Shown piece after piece: positions 48,044-60,884 of a stretch of 64,000 nucleotides of DNA. Position 1 is the first letter of the stretch. Every line of letters starts with the position of its first letter. This DNA is from Escherichia coli (lineage in GTDB: Bacteria; Pseudomonadota; Gammaproteobacteria; Enterobacterales; Enterobacteriaceae): the NCBI RefSeq assembly GCF_044647545.1, contig NZ_CP172818.1; one strand, written 5' to 3'. The translations under genes and the position numbers were made by a program. A model generated the notes under the pieces. The model worked only from the letters and a program-made list of their open reading frames with translations. It ran no database searches and was not told where the DNA came from.

Positions 48044-48301
48044 CATGCATTCCTACGATGTGACGAGCGTTACCCACTCGCGCTTAACTCGAAAAATTCA
48101 AGCGCTAATTGTCTTACCAATCCGCTCTGGAAACAAGGAAAATCCTGGAAAACTTTGACTAAAATCCTATTGCTAAGTCGTTGTTATTCTGATTGTTTAT
48201 ATAAAACAACGGCAGGAAAATTCGCAACAAATTACTTTCGCCGCTAATCTTCACTGCCGTTATAATTTTCTTATCAACCGTTACATCCGGTCAGATTTTC
48301 A

Positions 48302-49195
48302 TTATTCGCTTAACAGCTTCTCAATCCCTTTACGGAACTTCGCCCCTTCTTTGAGGTTGCGTAGTCCATACTTCACGAACGCTTGCATATAACCCATTTT
48401 TTTACCGCAGTCGTAGCTGTCGCCGGTCATCAGCATGGCATCAACGGACTGTTTTTTCGCCAGTTCGGCAATGGCATCAGTCAGCTGAATACGCCCCCAT
48501 GCACCAGGCTGAGTGCGTTCAAGTTCCGGCCAAATATCGGCAGAAAGCACATAGCGACCAACGGCCATGATGTCTGAGTCCAGCGTCTGCGGCTGATCCG
48601 GTTTTTCGATGAATTCAACAATGCGGCTGACTTTACCTTCGCGGTCCAGCGGCTCTTTGGTCTGGATGACAGAGTATTCAGAGAGGTCACCCGGCATACG
48701 TTTTGCCAGCACCTGGCTGCGGCCCGTTTCGTTGAAGCGCGCAATCATGGCAGCAAGGTTGTAGCGCAGCGGGTCGGCGCTGGCGTCGTCGATCACAACG
48801 TCTGGCAGCACCACGACAAATGGATTGTCACCAATGGCAGGTCGTGCACATAAAATGGAGTGGCCCAAACCTAAAGGTTCGCCCTGACGCACGTTCATAA
48901 TTGTCACGCCCGGCGGGCAAATGGACTGTACTTCCGCCAGCAGTTGACGCTTCACGCGCTGTTCAAGGAGAGATTCTAATTCATAAGAGGTGTCGAAGTG
49001 GTTTTCGACCGCGTTCTTGGAAGCGTGAGTTACCAGGAGGATTTCTTTGATCCCTGCAGCCACAATCTCGTCAACGATGTACTGAATCATTGGCTTGTCG
49101 ACGATCGGTAGCATCTCTTTGGGAATCGCCTTAGTGGCAGGCAACATATGCATCCCAAGACCCGCTACAGGAATAACTGCTTTTAAATTCGTCAT
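48302..49195 (-). CDS. galF: UTP--glucose-1-phosphate uridylyltransferase-like regulatory subunit GalF, 297 aa
   Basis: [41 protein letters not shown]. Confidence 0.92.
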   Translation of the reverse strand: MTNLKAVIPVAGLGMHMLPATKAIPKEMLPIVDKPMIQYIVDEIVAAGIKEILLVTHASKNAVENHFDTSYELESLLEQRVKRQLLAEVQSICPPGVTIMNVRQGEPLGLGHSILCARPAIGDNPFVVVLPDVVIDDASADPLRYNLAAMIARFNETGRSQVLAKRMPGDLSEYSVIQTKEPLDREGKVSRIVEFIEKPDQPQTLDSDIMAVGRYVLSADIWPELERTQPGAWGRIQLTDAIAELAKKQSVDAMLMTGDSYDCGKKMGYMQAFVKYGLRNLKEGAKFRKGIEKLLSE

Positions 49196-49369
49196 TATTT
49201 CATCCACCTGTAAAATGGTTGCTGAATTATAGCTTGTTCGATTTTTTTCGCCAGCATCAATTACCCTGAATTGATTACTGAATTACTTGTGATGTTACGC
49301 CGCTTCGTTGTGGATTGCAGTAGCATTGTTCCTAAGTATGGCTCCATTTTTCCAGGAATGGTCGCAAAT

Positions 49370-50764
49370 CTACTCTCTCCGTTCCGGCAATCTAAAGTTA
49401 ATCTTTGCCACATTAACAATATGGTGATTAATCCTGTCGATATCGACGGAGCTTTGCCCTCTTTCATTCACCGCATGAACATTTGCAAGAGACAGCAGTG
49501 TTTCTTTTTTCGCCATAAACACGCCGCGAACGTCTTTGCGCATGTCGAAGTTCATGCTCAATGCGGGTCCAACTGAGGATTCCTGCATCACATTGATATT
49601 ACGCATAAAAAGATGTTGCGGTTTGTTGTGTAACTCCAGCGACGCACGCTTCATCTCAATGTTAGTCAGCGCCACAAAGGAGACAGCATTCCCGGCGGAG
49701 ATTTGAATGCCGTGCAATTTATAAGCAAGATGAGTATTATCCAGTTGAATATTATTCACCCGGAAATTCTGCGGTATCGAGAGATATTTGCCTTTAATTA
49801 CCCCATAGCCGATTAACATCCCGGCACTATTAATCATTTCAATATTATCAATCACAAAGTTGTCACAACCATAAATAGCAACTGTGGCGTTATCAATACC
49901 TGCTTTCTTACTGAAATCCGGCGTGATATTACGGGCTTTGATATTACGAATAACAAAATGTTTACCATTTTCAACATGGATCAGTTGCCGACAATCCGAT
50001 CCCGTGATATTCGCCACGACAAAGTTTTTCACTGCCTGGTCTTCCGGGTAGTTGTTATCATAAGTGCTTCCCGCAAGACCTATGCCAATGCCCCAGTTGA
50101 TTTTGCCGTTAGTACAGTTGATGCGCTCGATGACATGGTCAGATATCAAAATATCACGGTCGTTAATCGCCACGTTCCATTCAATAGCGTCGCCCTGTAA
50201 GTCACTGAACTTACAGTTGGTGATGTTGGCACCGATAATCTGATTATGAAATCCCTGGCGTAAGATGGCGTAATTAGCGTGGCTGACAGTGAGGTTATCG
50301 ATGGTCAGGTTGCGCATGACCCGTTTGTTTTTGCCGCCGATATAAATCTGCGTTACCGGACCAAAGCCGCTCATCGCCAGCCCTTTGATGGTGCAGTCAG
50401 AGCCGCGCACATCCAGGGTGATGTTATGCATACTGCCGCCCTCCTCCCCTGTCACCTGGCTGCCGTCCTGTAAGACAAATCGCCCTCTGCCGTTGCCGCG
50501 CAAGCTTCCAAGAATGTGTAACGTTTTACCGGGAGGGATAAAGATGCCGGTGTTGATATTGTCACAAACCAATCCGCCAGGCACGACAACCGTTTGCCCT
50601 TCGCTGAAGGCTTGTTTAAATGAGGCGATCCAGTCGTGAGGGTTGTAGTCGTTAATGTTTACGCTTTGTCGGGCGGATAGTGCGCGAGCGAAAGGGGTAT
50701 GAAGGAAGGCAAGCGCGGAGCTTGCCGTCAGGAAGGTGCGTCGGGAGAGTGTTTTAAATGGCAT
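49370..50764 (-). CDS. wcaM: Colanic acid biosynthesis protein WcaM, 464 aa, signal peptide plus beta-helix-like repeats
   Basis: [28 protein letters not shown]at-like signal; last gene of the colanic acid cluster. Confidence 0.88.
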   Translation of the reverse strand: MPFKTLSRRTFLTASSALAFLHTPFARALSARQSVNINDYNPHDWIASFKQAFSEGQTVVVPGGLVCDNINTGIFIPPGKTLHILGSLRGNGRGRFVLQDGSQVTGEEGGSMHNITLDVRGSDCTIKGLAMSGFGPVTQIYIGGKNKRVMRNLTIDNLTVSHANYAILRQGFHNQIIGANITNCKFSDLQGDAIEWNVAINDRDILISDHVIERINCTNGKINWGIGIGLAGSTYDNNYPEDQAVKNFVVANITGSDCRQLIHVENGKHFVIRNIKARNITPDFSKKAGIDNATVAIYGCDNFVIDNIEMINSAGMLIGYGVIKGKYLSIPQNFRVNNIQLDNTHLAYKLHGIQISAGNAVSFVALTNIEMKRASLELHNKPQHLFMRNINVMQESSVGPALSMNFDMRKDVRGVFMAKKETLLSLANVHAVNERGQSSVDIDRINHHIVNVAKINFRLPERRE

Positions 50765-50774
50765 ACGTTCTCCT

Positions 50775-51995
50775 CTATAAAGCCTGCAGCAAGCTGGCGA
50801 GTTCTCGATTAATCACCTGCTGGTTAAAATCGTGTTCGACTTTTTCGCGAGCACGTTTGACGACAGGAGCCAGTTCGTCGGTGTCCAGTTGGCTAAACGC
50901 CGCCAGTCGTTGCGCCAGTGCGCGAGCATCGTTCTCAGGCACCAGCCAGCCGGATTTATCGGCCTCCACCAGTTCCGGTATTCCGCTATGCAGAGTAGAA
51001 ACCACCGGAATGCCGACCGCCATCGCTTCCATTAGCGCCACCGGGATGCCTTCCATATCGCCGTCCGCACCCGTTACCGAAGGCAACAGGAAGACATCCG
51101 CGTCGTCGAGCATCGCCTTCACTTCGTGGCTTGGTTTAAAGCCCGGCATCTCCACCACATCTTCCAGTTGATATTGTTCGATGAGGGTGCGCAGGCGTCG
51201 TTCCCACGGGCCAATGCCGAGGATGCGATAGCGAAATGCCACGCCCTGCTCTTTCAACTGACGGCAGGCTTCGATCGCCACATGCAGGCCTTTTTTCTCG
51301 GTTAAGCGTGCGACGGAAATGATTTCCAGCGGCGTTGCGGGCGCTTTCACCGGACGCGGGCTAAAACGCGTCATGTCCACGCCCATGCGCGATACGGCGA
51401 TTTTTTCCCTCGGGCAGCCCATTTTTTGCAGCCTTCCGGCCCACAGATTGCTTATTGGTAACATCAGGTCGCCACGGCGAAACAGTTGTTGATATTCGGG
51501 AGTGTAGTGGTTGAGCACTTCCCGACTGGAGATATCAATACCGTGGAAGATAGTGGCAATTTTGCCGCGAATGACACCCAGTTCGCGTAGTTTTGCCGCG
51601 GTTACCCCAGCAGGGCCAAAATGAGCGATAAACACATCGGCATGAAACGGTGTTGCGACCTGGCCGCAAATGGCAGACAAAATCAGGTTCCGCGACTCGG
51701 CACCATAGCGTTTGAGGTTAAGCGCCTGCCAGGTATTTTTACGATGAATGCCGCGTAAGGTCTGACTGGCTCGGTGGCGCAGTTTCGCCACTTTGCCCGT
51801 AGGTTCGTCCTGTAACCAGCGGGTTCTGGCGGCAAGGTTGTATTTCGTCCATGCCGCGTGGGTGTTCTGGGTGTCGCCTTTTTGCAGCGCGAGAATCTCC
51901 ACCTCAAATCCCATATCAATAAACGCGGTAATTTGGTTAAGGACGAAGGTTTCTGAAGACAGCGGGAATTTCAGTAAAAAGAAGCCAACCTTCAT
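50775..51995 (-). CDS. wcaL: Colanic acid glycosyltransferase WcaL (GT1 family), 406 aa
   Basis: GT1 C-terminal signature; cluster position. Confidence 0.88.
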   Translation of the reverse strand: MKVGFFLLKFPLSSETFVLNQITAFIDMGFEVEILALQKGDTQNTHAAWTKYNLAARTRWLQDEPTGKVAKLRHRASQTLRGIHRKNTWQALNLKRYGAESRNLILSAICGQVATPFHADVFIAHFGPAGVTAAKLRELGVIRGKIATIFHGIDISSREVLNHYTPEYQQLFRRGDLMLPISNLWAGRLQKMGCPREKIAVSRMGVDMTRFSPRPVKAPATPLEIISVARLTEKKGLHVAIEACRQLKEQGVAFRYRILGIGPWERRLRTLIEQYQLEDVVEMPGFKPSHEVKAMLDDADVFLLPSVTGADGDMEGIPVALMEAMAVGIPVVSTLHSGIPELVEADKSGWLVPENDARALAQRLAAFSQLDTDELAPVVKRAREKVEHDFNQQVINRELASLLQAL

Positions 51996-53272
51996 TTCAC
52001 TTCCCCGATGCGTTCAAGCACAGATTGCACCATCTGCATTCCTGTCTGACGCTCACGACTGACGGCTTCGTTAAGTCGTGTATTCAGCGCAGGAAGCTGG
52101 CCTAAGGTATCCGCAACCATCGCTTGCAGGCTGCCGTCTAATAAATGACGGATATCAATTGCCATCTCTGGTAGCCCCAGTTGTTGCATAATCCCGGCGG
52201 ATTTATGTTCATAGTTGATGGCAATCGCTGGAGTGGCAAAGTTCATCGAGATAATGGCAGAGTGCAAGCGCGTACCGACGGTGAGTTCACAGGCCGCCAG
52301 AATTTTGCCCATTTCCAGATCATTGAGTTCATCCATCACTACGTGGTAACGGGCAGGATCGCTGATGTGCTGGCGCAGGTTGAGCGCCACCATGCGGTCG
52401 TCTTTGTTATAGCTGTCGATGCCCGTACAGGTGGAGAGCGCAATCACCTGATACCCTTCATCGAGAATGCGATTGACCACCCCGGCAAAGGCTTTTTCAT
52501 ACGCTTGTTGGGTGGTGCCGAGACGTTTGTCAAACGGTGCCAGTTCGCGCAGGGTAATGGCCACCGTTTTCTGTTGTGCGGCAACGTCCAGCCAGTGTTG
52601 AACGGCATAGCTGGCGGTGAAGTCTTCGGTGTGGTGATCGACCAGCCACGCGGTATCGACGCCATGTTCGACTTTTGCGGTGGTGATATTGCTGCGTTTC
52701 ATCAGTTCAAGGCTGACCGATTCGCGCAGGATCAGCGCGTCGCAGTGACCGAATACGTAGTTCACCAGTTGGTTAAATTGCTCATCCTGGAACGGGCCGA
52801 CGCTGTGACCAATCATAAACAGCGGCTTTTTCGCCATAAACGTGCAAAGCGCATGTTCAAACTGCGGAACGCCGTAGAGATCGACAAAAAACGATCCGCC
52901 GACCTGAATAATGGCGTCGTAACCTGACAGCAGGCGCACGAAGTCGGTGAATCCCTGGGCGATGGCGATATTACGCAGCTTGCCAGTGTCGGTGACGCGT
53001 GAGAGCAATACCTGGTGCTGGTAGCGGCGACGGAGAACTTTTTTAACGCGCCCAACCACGCCCGCCGCGCTGTTGTGTTGTTTCATTTGCAGGAACAGCG
53101 GATCGCCCATTACCGGACGGTTGAGCAGCCAGGAAGAACTGACCGGATAGCGACTCATCACGTCCACTTCGGCGTGTGGATTGAGGATGTTGATGGCATC
53201 AAGTAAGCCGCGCAAGATGGCGCTGTCGCCGCGATTGCCGCAAGTGTGGTTGCCCAGAATAAGTAATTTCAT
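51992..53272 (-). CDS. wcaK: Colanic acid pyruvyl transferase WcaK, 426 aa
   Basis: MKLLILGNHTCGNRGDSAILRGL; track ORF 525 aa trimmed to the internal start. Confidence 0.88.
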   Translation of the reverse strand: MKLLILGNHTCGNRGDSAILRGLLDAINILNPHAEVDVMSRYPVSSSWLLNRPVMGDPLFLQMKQHNSAAGVVGRVKKVLRRRYQHQVLLSRVTDTGKLRNIAIAQGFTDFVRLLSGYDAIIQVGGSFFVDLYGVPQFEHALCTFMAKKPLFMIGHSVGPFQDEQFNQLVNYVFGHCDALILRESVSLELMKRSNITTAKVEHGVDTAWLVDHHTEDFTASYAVQHWLDVAAQQKTVAITLRELAPFDKRLGTTQQAYEKAFAGVVNRILDEGYQVIALSTCTGIDSYNKDDRMVALNLRQHISDPARYHVVMDELNDLEMGKILAACELTVGTRLHSAIISMNFATPAIAINYEHKSAGIMQQLGLPEMAIDIRHLLDGSLQAMVADTLGQLPALNTRLNEAVSRERQTGMQMVQSVLERIGEVK

Positions 53273-53343
53273 TTTTTCCTCATAAATTTGATGCCAGGTG
53301 AGGCTATGTTTGTTGTGTTCGTTGCGGAACCGAAAACAGCCAT

Positions 53344-54822
53344 TCACCCCGCCCGTAAAAGCATTTTCATTTTTTCGCTGCGACAAAACTGACGCTTCAC
53401 TTCCACTACCAGCGGATGGCGTGACAGCACAATCATCACCACAAACGCCAGCACGCCTGCGGCTATTTGCACCGCCAGCAGCATCCCCAGCGCCAGTTGC
53501 CCTTTCAGCACAATGCCCAGCGCATAACTGACCGCCAGCGTCGGCAGCGAGAGATAAAACGGCAGCCATAAACTCAGGATGTACTGGCGATAACTGGAAC
53601 CGAGCACCGGTTTAATCATCACGAAATAGCTCAGAATGGTGTTGATAATCTGCACCAGCAGGAAGCCAAGCGTGACGCCGATTGCGCCCGCCATCTGCCC
53701 ACCAATAACAATCGCCGGAATAAACAGAAAGGTTTTGAATACGTTGAATTTAAAGCTGATATCGACCCGCGCTTTCGCCATCAGCAGCGAACCAATCGGG
53801 TTCCCCACTGAGCGCAGCAGCCCCACCACACACAGCAATTGCAGCACCGGAATAATGCTGTTCCACTTCTCACCAAAGACCAGCGGTACAAAGTTATTCG
53901 ACACCACCATCAGCCCCAGCAGCGCCGGAAAGTTGATAATCCCCACTACCGACAGCAGCTTGTAGAAGTTAACGCGCAGCTTTTCGGTGTCGTCCTGAAT
54001 TTTGGCAAATGCCGGAAACAACACGCGGGTGATGATTGGGTTCAGCTTCATCGGCGGCACAACGGCCACGTTGTACGCCAGGTTGTATCCCCCTGCCACG
54101 CCCGCGCCGAGAATACGCGCCAGCACCAGCGTTGAAAGGTTGGTATTGAGATAGTTGATGATGCTGTCCGCCGTCAGCCAGGCACCAAAGCGTAAGTTCG
54201 GTGCCACCGACGCCAGCGAGAAATGCAGACCGGGGCGATAAATTTTGCGACCAAAGTAGCCAAACAGCAGCGTTCTTACCGCACTATTGACCAGATAACC
54301 GAGGATCGCGGTCATCGCCAGTGGCCAGAAATGGGCGCTAACCACCGTAAAAGTGAAGCCCGCCAGCACCGCGCTGGTTTCGATCATGCCGATTTTGTTG
54401 AACTCCAGCTCTTTTTGCATCAACGCGCGGAACTGCTGCCCGTGGGGGATCACCACAAACGCCAGCGACAATGTTTTAATCAACGGTGCCAGGTCCGGGT
54501 TATTCAGCACGTCACCGATGAGATCACTCAACAAAAACACCGCCACGCACACCACAAGCCCCAGCCCAACGTTCAGCCAGTACAGCGTGGTGAGTTCAAG
54601 GTGGCTGATTTCTTTTCGCTGAATAATCGAGTTAGCGATACCGAAGTCAGAAAGTGTATCTGCCAACGCGATAATCACCAGCGACACAGTCAGCAAACCG
54701 AACTGGTGGTTGTCGATAATCCGCGCCAGCACGGTCATTTGCACCAGCCCGAGGCCGATGATGATCACCGTGGCAATCGCCGACCACTTCGCGCCGCTGA
54801 TGGTTTTTTCACGTAAGCTCAT
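53344..54822 (-). CDS. wzxC: Colanic acid repeat-unit flippase WzxC, 492 aa
   Basis: Polytopic membrane protein of the Wzx (PST) family. Confidence 0.9.
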   Translation of the reverse strand: MSLREKTISGAKWSAIATVIIIGLGLVQMTVLARIIDNHQFGLLTVSLVIIALADTLSDFGIANSIIQRKEISHLELTTLYWLNVGLGLVVCVAVFLLSDLIGDVLNNPDLAPLIKTLSLAFVVIPHGQQFRALMQKELEFNKIGMIETSAVLAGFTFTVVSAHFWPLAMTAILGYLVNSAVRTLLFGYFGRKIYRPGLHFSLASVAPNLRFGAWLTADSIINYLNTNLSTLVLARILGAGVAGGYNLAYNVAVVPPMKLNPIITRVLFPAFAKIQDDTEKLRVNFYKLLSVVGIINFPALLGLMVVSNNFVPLVFGEKWNSIIPVLQLLCVVGLLRSVGNPIGSLLMAKARVDISFKFNVFKTFLFIPAIVIGGQMAGAIGVTLGFLLVQIINTILSYFVMIKPVLGSSYRQYILSLWLPFYLSLPTLAVSYALGIVLKGQLALGMLLAVQIAAGVLAFVVMIVLSRHPLVVEVKRQFCRSEKMKMLLRAG

Positions 54823-54823
54823 A

Positions 54824-56218
54824 TCAATATGCCGCTTTGTTAACGAAGCCCTTGAATACCGTCAGGAAAACGATTTTGATATCGAACCAGACGCTCCATT
54901 CGCGGATGTACTCAAGGTCGAACTCGACGCGTTTTTCCATTTTCTCCAGCGTGTCGGTTTCGCCGCGCCAGCCGTTAATCTGCGCCCAACCGGTAATGCC
55001 CGGTTTCACTTTATGGCGCAGCATGTAGCCTTCAATGAGCTGGCGATACTGTTCGTTATGCGCCACCGCGTGCGGACGTGGACCGACAATCGACATCCCC
55101 CCGGTCAGCACATTGATAAACTGCGGCAATTCATCCAGCGAGGTGCGGCGCAGAAAGTTCCCCACTTTGGTGACGCGCGGATCGTTCTGCGTCGCCTGGG
55201 TCACCACTTTGTCGTTCTCCATCACTTTCATCGAACGGAACTTCCACACTTTGATCGGCTTGCCATCCATGCCATAGCGAGTCTGGCGGAAAATAACCGG
55301 TCCTGGTGAACTGAGTTTTACCGCCAGCGCAATACAGCACAGCACCGGGGAGATCAGCAGCAGAATAAGCGTCGCCAGCACAATATCTTCCGCACGTTTT
55401 AGCAGGCGGTTAACCCCGGAAAGCGGCGTGTCATACAGCGGCACCACCGGTACGCCGTTCATCTCTTCGAGACGGGAATGGAGAATGTTGAAGGTAAAGA
55501 CATCGGGGATCAGCAGCACCGAACAGGTGGTGTCCGCCAGTTGATGGACCAGTTTTTTCACTCGCGCGCCGTCGCACATCTGCATCGCGATATAGACGTT
55601 ATGAATCTTGCCCGCTTTCGCATCCTCGACCAGTTGTTGCAGATTGCCCGCCCAGTCGTTAGAAACGCCGCCCGGTTTCGGGTCGTGGTAAACGCCCACC
55701 ACTTCAAACCCTAACCACGGCTGATTACGGAAGCTTTCCATCAGCATTTGTCCGGCGGCTAAATCCCCCGCTACGGCGACCATGCGTTTGTTATAGCCAT
55801 GATTACGCAGCCAGCCCGCCCCAATGCGAATACACGAACGGCAAACCACCAGTCCGATGCTGGTCAGTCCATACCACGCCAGCCAGATTTTCAGTTGCGT
55901 GTCGAAATCATTGTTAAACGCCACCAGTCCGGCGCTGAAAATCACGCTTAACGTCCAGTTTTGTAGCAACAGAGCAAATTCTGTCGATGCCCGAACACCG
56001 CGCCATGAGCGATAAAAATCGGTGATGCCGCCCAGCATCTGGAACACCACCAGCGTAATCAGCGCCACCAACAGGTGCATGTAGAGGAATGACAGTCCGC
56101 TCACTTCGCAAACCAGCCATAGTCCGGCAAACATGATGGTGATATCTGAAAAGCGTTGCACCATAGAGATTAACGATGCATTGGTTTTCGCTCGCTCGCG
56201 CTTTTTTAGATTTGTCAT
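54824..56218 (-). CDS. wcaJ: Undecaprenyl-phosphate glucose phosphotransferase WcaJ, 464 aa
   Basis: N-terminal TM bundle and C-terminal sugar-transferase domain (..DELPQFINVLTGGMSIVGPRP..). Confidence 0.9.
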   Translation of the reverse strand: MTNLKKRERAKTNASLISMVQRFSDITIMFAGLWLVCEVSGLSFLYMHLLVALITLVVFQMLGGITDFYRSWRGVRASTEFALLLQNWTLSVIFSAGLVAFNNDFDTQLKIWLAWYGLTSIGLVVCRSCIRIGAGWLRNHGYNKRMVAVAGDLAAGQMLMESFRNQPWLGFEVVGVYHDPKPGGVSNDWAGNLQQLVEDAKAGKIHNVYIAMQMCDGARVKKLVHQLADTTCSVLLIPDVFTFNILHSRLEEMNGVPVVPLYDTPLSGVNRLLKRAEDIVLATLILLLISPVLCCIALAVKLSSPGPVIFRQTRYGMDGKPIKVWKFRSMKVMENDKVVTQATQNDPRVTKVGNFLRRTSLDELPQFINVLTGGMSIVGPRPHAVAHNEQYRQLIEGYMLRHKVKPGITGWAQINGWRGETDTLEKMEKRVEFDLEYIREWSVWFDIKIVFLTVFKGFVNKAAY

Positions 56219-56272
56219 CGTTGTTCCTGTTTTTAACCCCTTACCCGCAGTGGGGTAAGGGAAGATCCGACA

Positions 56273-57643
56273 TTACTCGTTCAGCAACGTCAGCAGAGTT
56301 CGCGTTCGCGCTTCCATCAGCGGCACATCACCGCGTGATTCCACATTCAACCGCACCACCGGTTCGGTGTTGGAGGAGCGCAGATTAAAGCGCCAGTCGG
56401 CAAAGGTCATGCTGATGCCATCGGTACGATCCACCGCCAGCGCCTCGCGGCTAAAGTGCTGTTCCACGCGGTTAATCGCCTCAACAGGTTGTGCCAGTTT
56501 GCTGTTGATCTCACCGCTTGCCGGAAACGCCGCCATCCGGTCGCGCACCAGTTCGCCCAGCGTTTTTCCTTTCAGGCACACCAGTTCGGCGACCAGCAGC
56601 CACGGGATCATGCCGCTGTCGCAGTAAGCGAAATCACGGAAGTAATGGTGGGCGCTCATTTCGCCACCGTAGATGGCGTCTTCCTTGCGCATACGTTCTT
56701 TAATAAAGGCGTGTCCGGTTTTCGACATTACCGGCGTACCGCCTGCGGCAGTCACCACATCAACGGTGTTCCAGGAGAGACGCGGATCGTGGATGATCTT
56801 CGCGCCGGGATTTTTTTCGAGGAACGCTTCTGCCAGCAAACCGACAATGTAGTAACCCTCGATAAACTGCCCTTTTTCGTCAAACAGGAAACAGCGGTCA
56901 AAATCGCCATCAAAGGCAATGCCCATATCCGCGCCGTGTTTAATGACCGCATTGCGAGTGTCGTCGCGACATTCTGGCAGCAGCGGGTTAGGAATACCGT
57001 TGGGGAAATTGCCGTCCGGCGTGTTGTGCACTTTGATCAATTCCACAGGTGCGCCGAGGGCGTTAAAGCGGGCTTCGATGGCGTCCACCACCGGACCCGC
57101 TGCGCCGTTCCCGGAGTTGATCACCAGCTTGAGCGGCGTGAGGTTTTTGACGTTGATATAACCGAACAGGTGATCAACGTAAGCGTCACGCAGATTGATT
57201 TGCTGATAGCGACCGCGTTTGGTTTCATCAACGGGAGGGAAGTCGTTGGCTTCTGCCAGACGCTGGACATCGCGCAGTCCGGTATCACCGCTGATCGGGC
57301 GGGCCCCCTCGCGCACCAGCTTCATGCCGTTGTAATCCATCGGGTTATGGCTGGCGGTAACTTCAATGCCACCATCCACGCCGAGATGGAACGTGGCGAA
57401 ATAGATCTCTTCGGTGCCGGACATGCCAATATCCAGCACATCGACGCCCGCATCCTGTAAACCTTTCGCCAGCGCCAGTTTTAAGGTTTCGCTGGTGAGG
57501 CGGACATCACAGCCTAACACAATGGTTTTCGGTTTGAGAAATTCGCCATAGGCGCGACCAATGCGCCAGGCGATATCTTCATTCAGTTCTTCGCCTAATT
57601 TCCCGCGAATATCATAGGCTTTAAAGCAGGTTAATTTTTTCAT
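56273..57643 (-). CDS. cpsG: Phosphomannomutase, 456 aa
   Basis: [29 protein letters not shown]; active-site TASHNP. Confidence 0.93.
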   Translation of the reverse strand: MKKLTCFKAYDIRGKLGEELNEDIAWRIGRAYGEFLKPKTIVLGCDVRLTSETLKLALAKGLQDAGVDVLDIGMSGTEEIYFATFHLGVDGGIEVTASHNPMDYNGMKLVREGARPISGDTGLRDVQRLAEANDFPPVDETKRGRYQQINLRDAYVDHLFGYINVKNLTPLKLVINSGNGAAGPVVDAIEARFNALGAPVELIKVHNTPDGNFPNGIPNPLLPECRDDTRNAVIKHGADMGIAFDGDFDRCFLFDEKGQFIEGYYIVGLLAEAFLEKNPGAKIIHDPRLSWNTVDVVTAAGGTPVMSKTGHAFIKERMRKEDAIYGGEMSAHHYFRDFAYCDSGMIPWLLVAELVCLKGKTLGELVRDRMAAFPASGEINSKLAQPVEAINRVEQHFSREALAVDRTDGISMTFADWRFNLRSSNTEPVVRLNVESRGDVPLMEARTRTLLTLLNE

Positions 57644-57743
57644 GTCGTTACCCTTTTTCAGGCAATAGTTGGCCCTGACCGAAACGGCCAATTTTGTTTT
57701 TTCGTTATTTACCGGAGAATTAATCCGGTTGATTATTCAACGG

Positions 57744-59180
57744 CTACACCCGTCCGTAGCGATCCGCGAAGCGCACCACATCATCCTCTTCGAGATAAGA
57801 GCCGGAGCGCACTTCAATTAAATCGAGCGGAATTTTCCCCGGGTTTTCCAGGCAGTGCGTCGCCCCCAGCGGAATATAAATGGACTCGTTTTCACCAAGC
57901 AGTTTGATATCACCGTCAATAGTGACTTTTGCCGTTCCCGCGACCACTACCCAGTGTTCCGCGCGGTGATGGTGCATCTGTACTGACAAGCCTTCGCCCG
58001 GTTTCACGGTGATGCGTTTCACCTGATAGCGGTCGCCCGCGTCGATAGAGTCATATTTGCCCCACGGACGATACACTTCGCGATGCACCCGATGCTCATG
58101 GCGACCATCAGCTTTGATCTGCTCGACCACTTTTTTCACATCCTGCACCGCATTACGGTCGGCAATCAGCACCGCATCTTTGGTCTGCACTACCACCAAA
58201 TCTTTCACCCCGACGGTGGTGACCAGGCCAGATTCGGCATACACATAGCTGTTTTCAGTTTTGTGATTAATCACATCGCCATGGCAAACGTTGCCCTCGG
58301 CGGTGTGGGCGCTGATCTCCCATAAAGAGGACCAGGAGCCGACATCGCTCCAGCCTGCATCCATCGGCACCACAACGGCATCTGCCGTGCGTTCCATGAC
58401 CGCGTAATCCACCGACTCTTCCGGGCAGGCCAGAAACGCTTCTTCATCCACACGAATAAAATCGAGATCCGGATCGACGGCGCTCATCGCTTTTTCGCAG
58501 GCATCGAGAATATCCGGGCGATATTTTTTCAGTTCTTCGAGATAGCGTCCGGCACGGAACAGGAACATACCGCTGTTCCAGTAATATTCGCCGCTTGCCA
58601 CATAGGCCTGAGCGGTTTCCAGATTCGGTTTTTCGACAAACTGCGCCACTTCAAAGGCCACCGTATCCTGCTCGCCCGCCGACACTTCACCGCGACGAAT
58701 ATAGCCATATCCGGTTTCAGGTAGATCCGGCACAATGCCGAAGGTGACCAGCTTACCCGCTTCGGCATACGGCATGGCATTACGCACGGCGGCACGGAAC
58801 GCGTCTTCGTCGGCAATCACATGATCCGCCGCCAAGACCAGCATTAACGGGTCGCTCTCCGGGCTATGACGTTTTGCCGCCAGCGCCGCCAGCGCAATGG
58901 CAGGTGCAGTGTTACGCCCTGCCGGTTCGAGAATAATGTTCTCGGTGAGTTTATTCAGTTGACGCAGCTGTTCCGCGACAATAAAGCGGTGCTGCTCATT
59001 GCAAATCACCACCGGGCTTTCGCACTCCACGCCGTTCAGGCGGCAGATGGTGGTTTGCAGCATGGTGAGATCGCCTTTCAGGCATAAAAACTGCTTGGGG
59101 TAAAGTACGCGGGAAAGCGGCCATAAGCGGCTACCGGAGCCACCTGCCATCACAACTGGATAGAGTTTCGACTGCGCCAT
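57744..59180 (-). CDS. cpsB: Mannose-1-phosphate guanylyltransferase, 478 aa
   Basis: [24 protein letters not shown] nucleotidyltransferase motif; C-terminal cupin. Confidence 0.93.
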   Translation of the reverse strand: MAQSKLYPVVMAGGSGSRLWPLSRVLYPKQFLCLKGDLTMLQTTICRLNGVECESPVVICNEQHRFIVAEQLRQLNKLTENIILEPAGRNTAPAIALAALAAKRHSPESDPLMLVLAADHVIADEDAFRAAVRNAMPYAEAGKLVTFGIVPDLPETGYGYIRRGEVSAGEQDTVAFEVAQFVEKPNLETAQAYVASGEYYWNSGMFLFRAGRYLEELKKYRPDILDACEKAMSAVDPDLDFIRVDEEAFLACPEESVDYAVMERTADAVVVPMDAGWSDVGSWSSLWEISAHTAEGNVCHGDVINHKTENSYVYAESGLVTTVGVKDLVVVQTKDAVLIADRNAVQDVKKVVEQIKADGRHEHRVHREVYRPWGKYDSIDAGDRYQVKRITVKPGEGLSVQMHHHRAEHWVVVAGTAKVTIDGDIKLLGENESIYIPLGATHCLENPGKIPLDLIEVRSGSYLEEDDVVRFADRYGRV

Positions 59181-59182
59181 AA

Positions 59183-60406
59183 TTATCCCCGAATATCATT
59201 TATAAATTGACGTAACACGTTCTCTTTATCGAGCGTGCGTTCGGCATATTCACGTGCCACCGTGTTGTGTTTGGGCAGCAGGAGCGCCTGACGAATCCCC
59301 GCCACCAGCGCCTCGACCGATTCCGGTTCCACGCAAACCGCAATGCCCGGAAAGGTTTCGCAAAGCTGTCCCAGTTCTGTGTGGGCTTCAGCAGTAATCA
59401 CCGCGTTACCGCCTACCGCCAGAATATTGGTCAGTTTCGACGGCAATACGGCATCTGCCGCGCCGCGTTTTTGCACCACCAGATGGCAATCGCCCATCTT
59501 CAGCAGTGCGGGTAAAGCGTCATATGATTGCAGCGGAAAAAATTGCATGTTGCGCAGTCCACGCTGCTGCGCCATTTTTTCCAGCCGCGCTTTGCCGCCG
59601 CCCTGCCCGACAATGGCAAAAATAAGCGGTTCATCGCGCAGGCGATCGGCAGCTTCAATAACGTTTTCCAGCCCCTGCTTTTCACCAATATTGCCGGAGT
59701 AAAGAATGATTTTTTTGTTATCCGGCAGGGCAAGCTGGTTACGAAGGTCGTCAACATCGGCGTCTGCAACATGTTGAAAACGGGCGATTTCCGACCAGTT
59801 GGGGAAGAAGATGACGTTTTCTGCCGCCACGCCTTTTTCGATGGCTTTATTCATCATCGAACGCGAAATCGTGGAGACGTTATCGACGTTATGCAGTCCG
59901 CTACGTTCGAACGCCGTCGCCAGCTGTGCCACTTTGCCGCCTTTGCCTTTTCCGGCAAGGCCCAGCCCCAGCATGGCGTCCACTTCGTAATCCTGAATAT
60001 GCAGCACCGTGCGCGCACCAGACAGTTTCGCCAGCAGGCGCATTCCCGGCGTGCAAAACAGCGTTGGCACCACGCCGATAATGCGATCCGGCTTCCAGCG
60101 ACGTTGCGCCATCAGCGGAAAGAAACTGCTGGCGGCAAAACTGCCGAGATGCAACAGGCGTTTCAGGGTGCTCGGCTGTTTTGGCACGTACAGCGGGCAG
60201 CGCCACACCGTGGCGGCCCCCTCTTCTCGTTTGTACCGCCAGGCGGAATAGTTCTCGCCCACCTGCCATTGCGGGTAGTAAGGCGGTGCGGTAATAACCC
60301 GCACCTCATGACCTTGTGCCGCCAGCCATTCCACCATCTCGCCGGTGTACTTGCCGATGCCGGTTAACTCCGGCGAGTAGTTAATGCCGTAGACCAGTAT
60401 TTTCAT
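59183..60406 (-). CDS. wcaI: Colanic acid glycosyltransferase WcaI, 407 aa
   Basis: GT1/GT4 fold; cluster position. Confidence 0.88.
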   Translation of the reverse strand: MKILVYGINYSPELTGIGKYTGEMVEWLAAQGHEVRVITAPPYYPQWQVGENYSAWRYKREEGAATVWRCPLYVPKQPSTLKRLLHLGSFAASSFFPLMAQRRWKPDRIIGVVPTLFCTPGMRLLAKLSGARTVLHIQDYEVDAMLGLGLAGKGKGGKVAQLATAFERSGLHNVDNVSTISRSMMNKAIEKGVAAENVIFFPNWSEIARFQHVADADVDDLRNQLALPDNKKIILYSGNIGEKQGLENVIEAADRLRDEPLIFAIVGQGGGKARLEKMAQQRGLRNMQFFPLQSYDALPALLKMGDCHLVVQKRGAADAVLPSKLTNILAVGGNAVITAEAHTELGQLCETFPGIAVCVEPESVEALVAGIRQALLLPKHNTVAREYAERTLDKENVLRQFINDIRG

Positions 60407-60882
60407 AATCCGGGAACTCCGGCACGCTTCTCAGCGAGAAAATAGGCGCGGCTGTTAGCGTGAACATTGTCACTGGCGAGCAACGCGTCCGGCGTCAGCC
60501 AGCGGTAATCGTCATGCTGCTCATCCGGCAGTAACAGATCTTCTTCAGCGACTCTGAAGCGAAAACCGAGCACCACATAGTGAGTGGTGAAATCCGTGTC
60601 GGAGAAGTTATCGTCATAAAAGTGCTGCCAGACACCGTAAAACTGGCCTACTGTTATCGGCAGACGCAGCCCCAGTTCCTCCATCGTCAGCCGCTCAAAT
60701 GCGGCTTCCAGCGTTTCGTCTTTCTGCACGCGCCCTCCCGGCACAAACCAGTAACCCTGCGCCGGGCGGTTGGTTCTTTTGCCAAGCAGAAACTCGCCGC
60801 GACTGTTCTCGACAATAAAGTCGAGAGAGACAAGCGGAGTAGAGCGCACTACCGTGGCAAAGTCTTCCTGACGTAAAAACAT
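60403..60882 (-). CDS. gmm: GDP-mannose mannosyl hydrolase (Nudix), 159 aa
   Basis: Nudix box region [23 protein letters not shown]. Confidence 0.9.
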   Translation of the reverse strand: MFLRQEDFATVVRSTPLVSLDFIVENSRGEFLLGKRTNRPAQGYWFVPGGRVQKDETLEAAFERLTMEELGLRLPITVGQFYGVWQHFYDDNFSDTDFTTHYVVLGFRFRVAEEDLLLPDEQHDDYRWLTPDALLASDNVHANSRAYFLAEKRAGVPGL

Positions 60883-60884
60883 CA

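Noticed and set aside
52181-52927. 248-aa plus-strand ORF
   Set aside because: Antisense to wcaK.
56456-57460. 334-aa plus-strand ORF
   Set aside because: Antisense to cpsG (phosphomannomutase); no RBS and an arginine/histidine-rich composition typical of a spurious frame.
59528-60367. 279-aa plus-strand ORF
   Set aside because: Antisense to wcaI; same reasoning.
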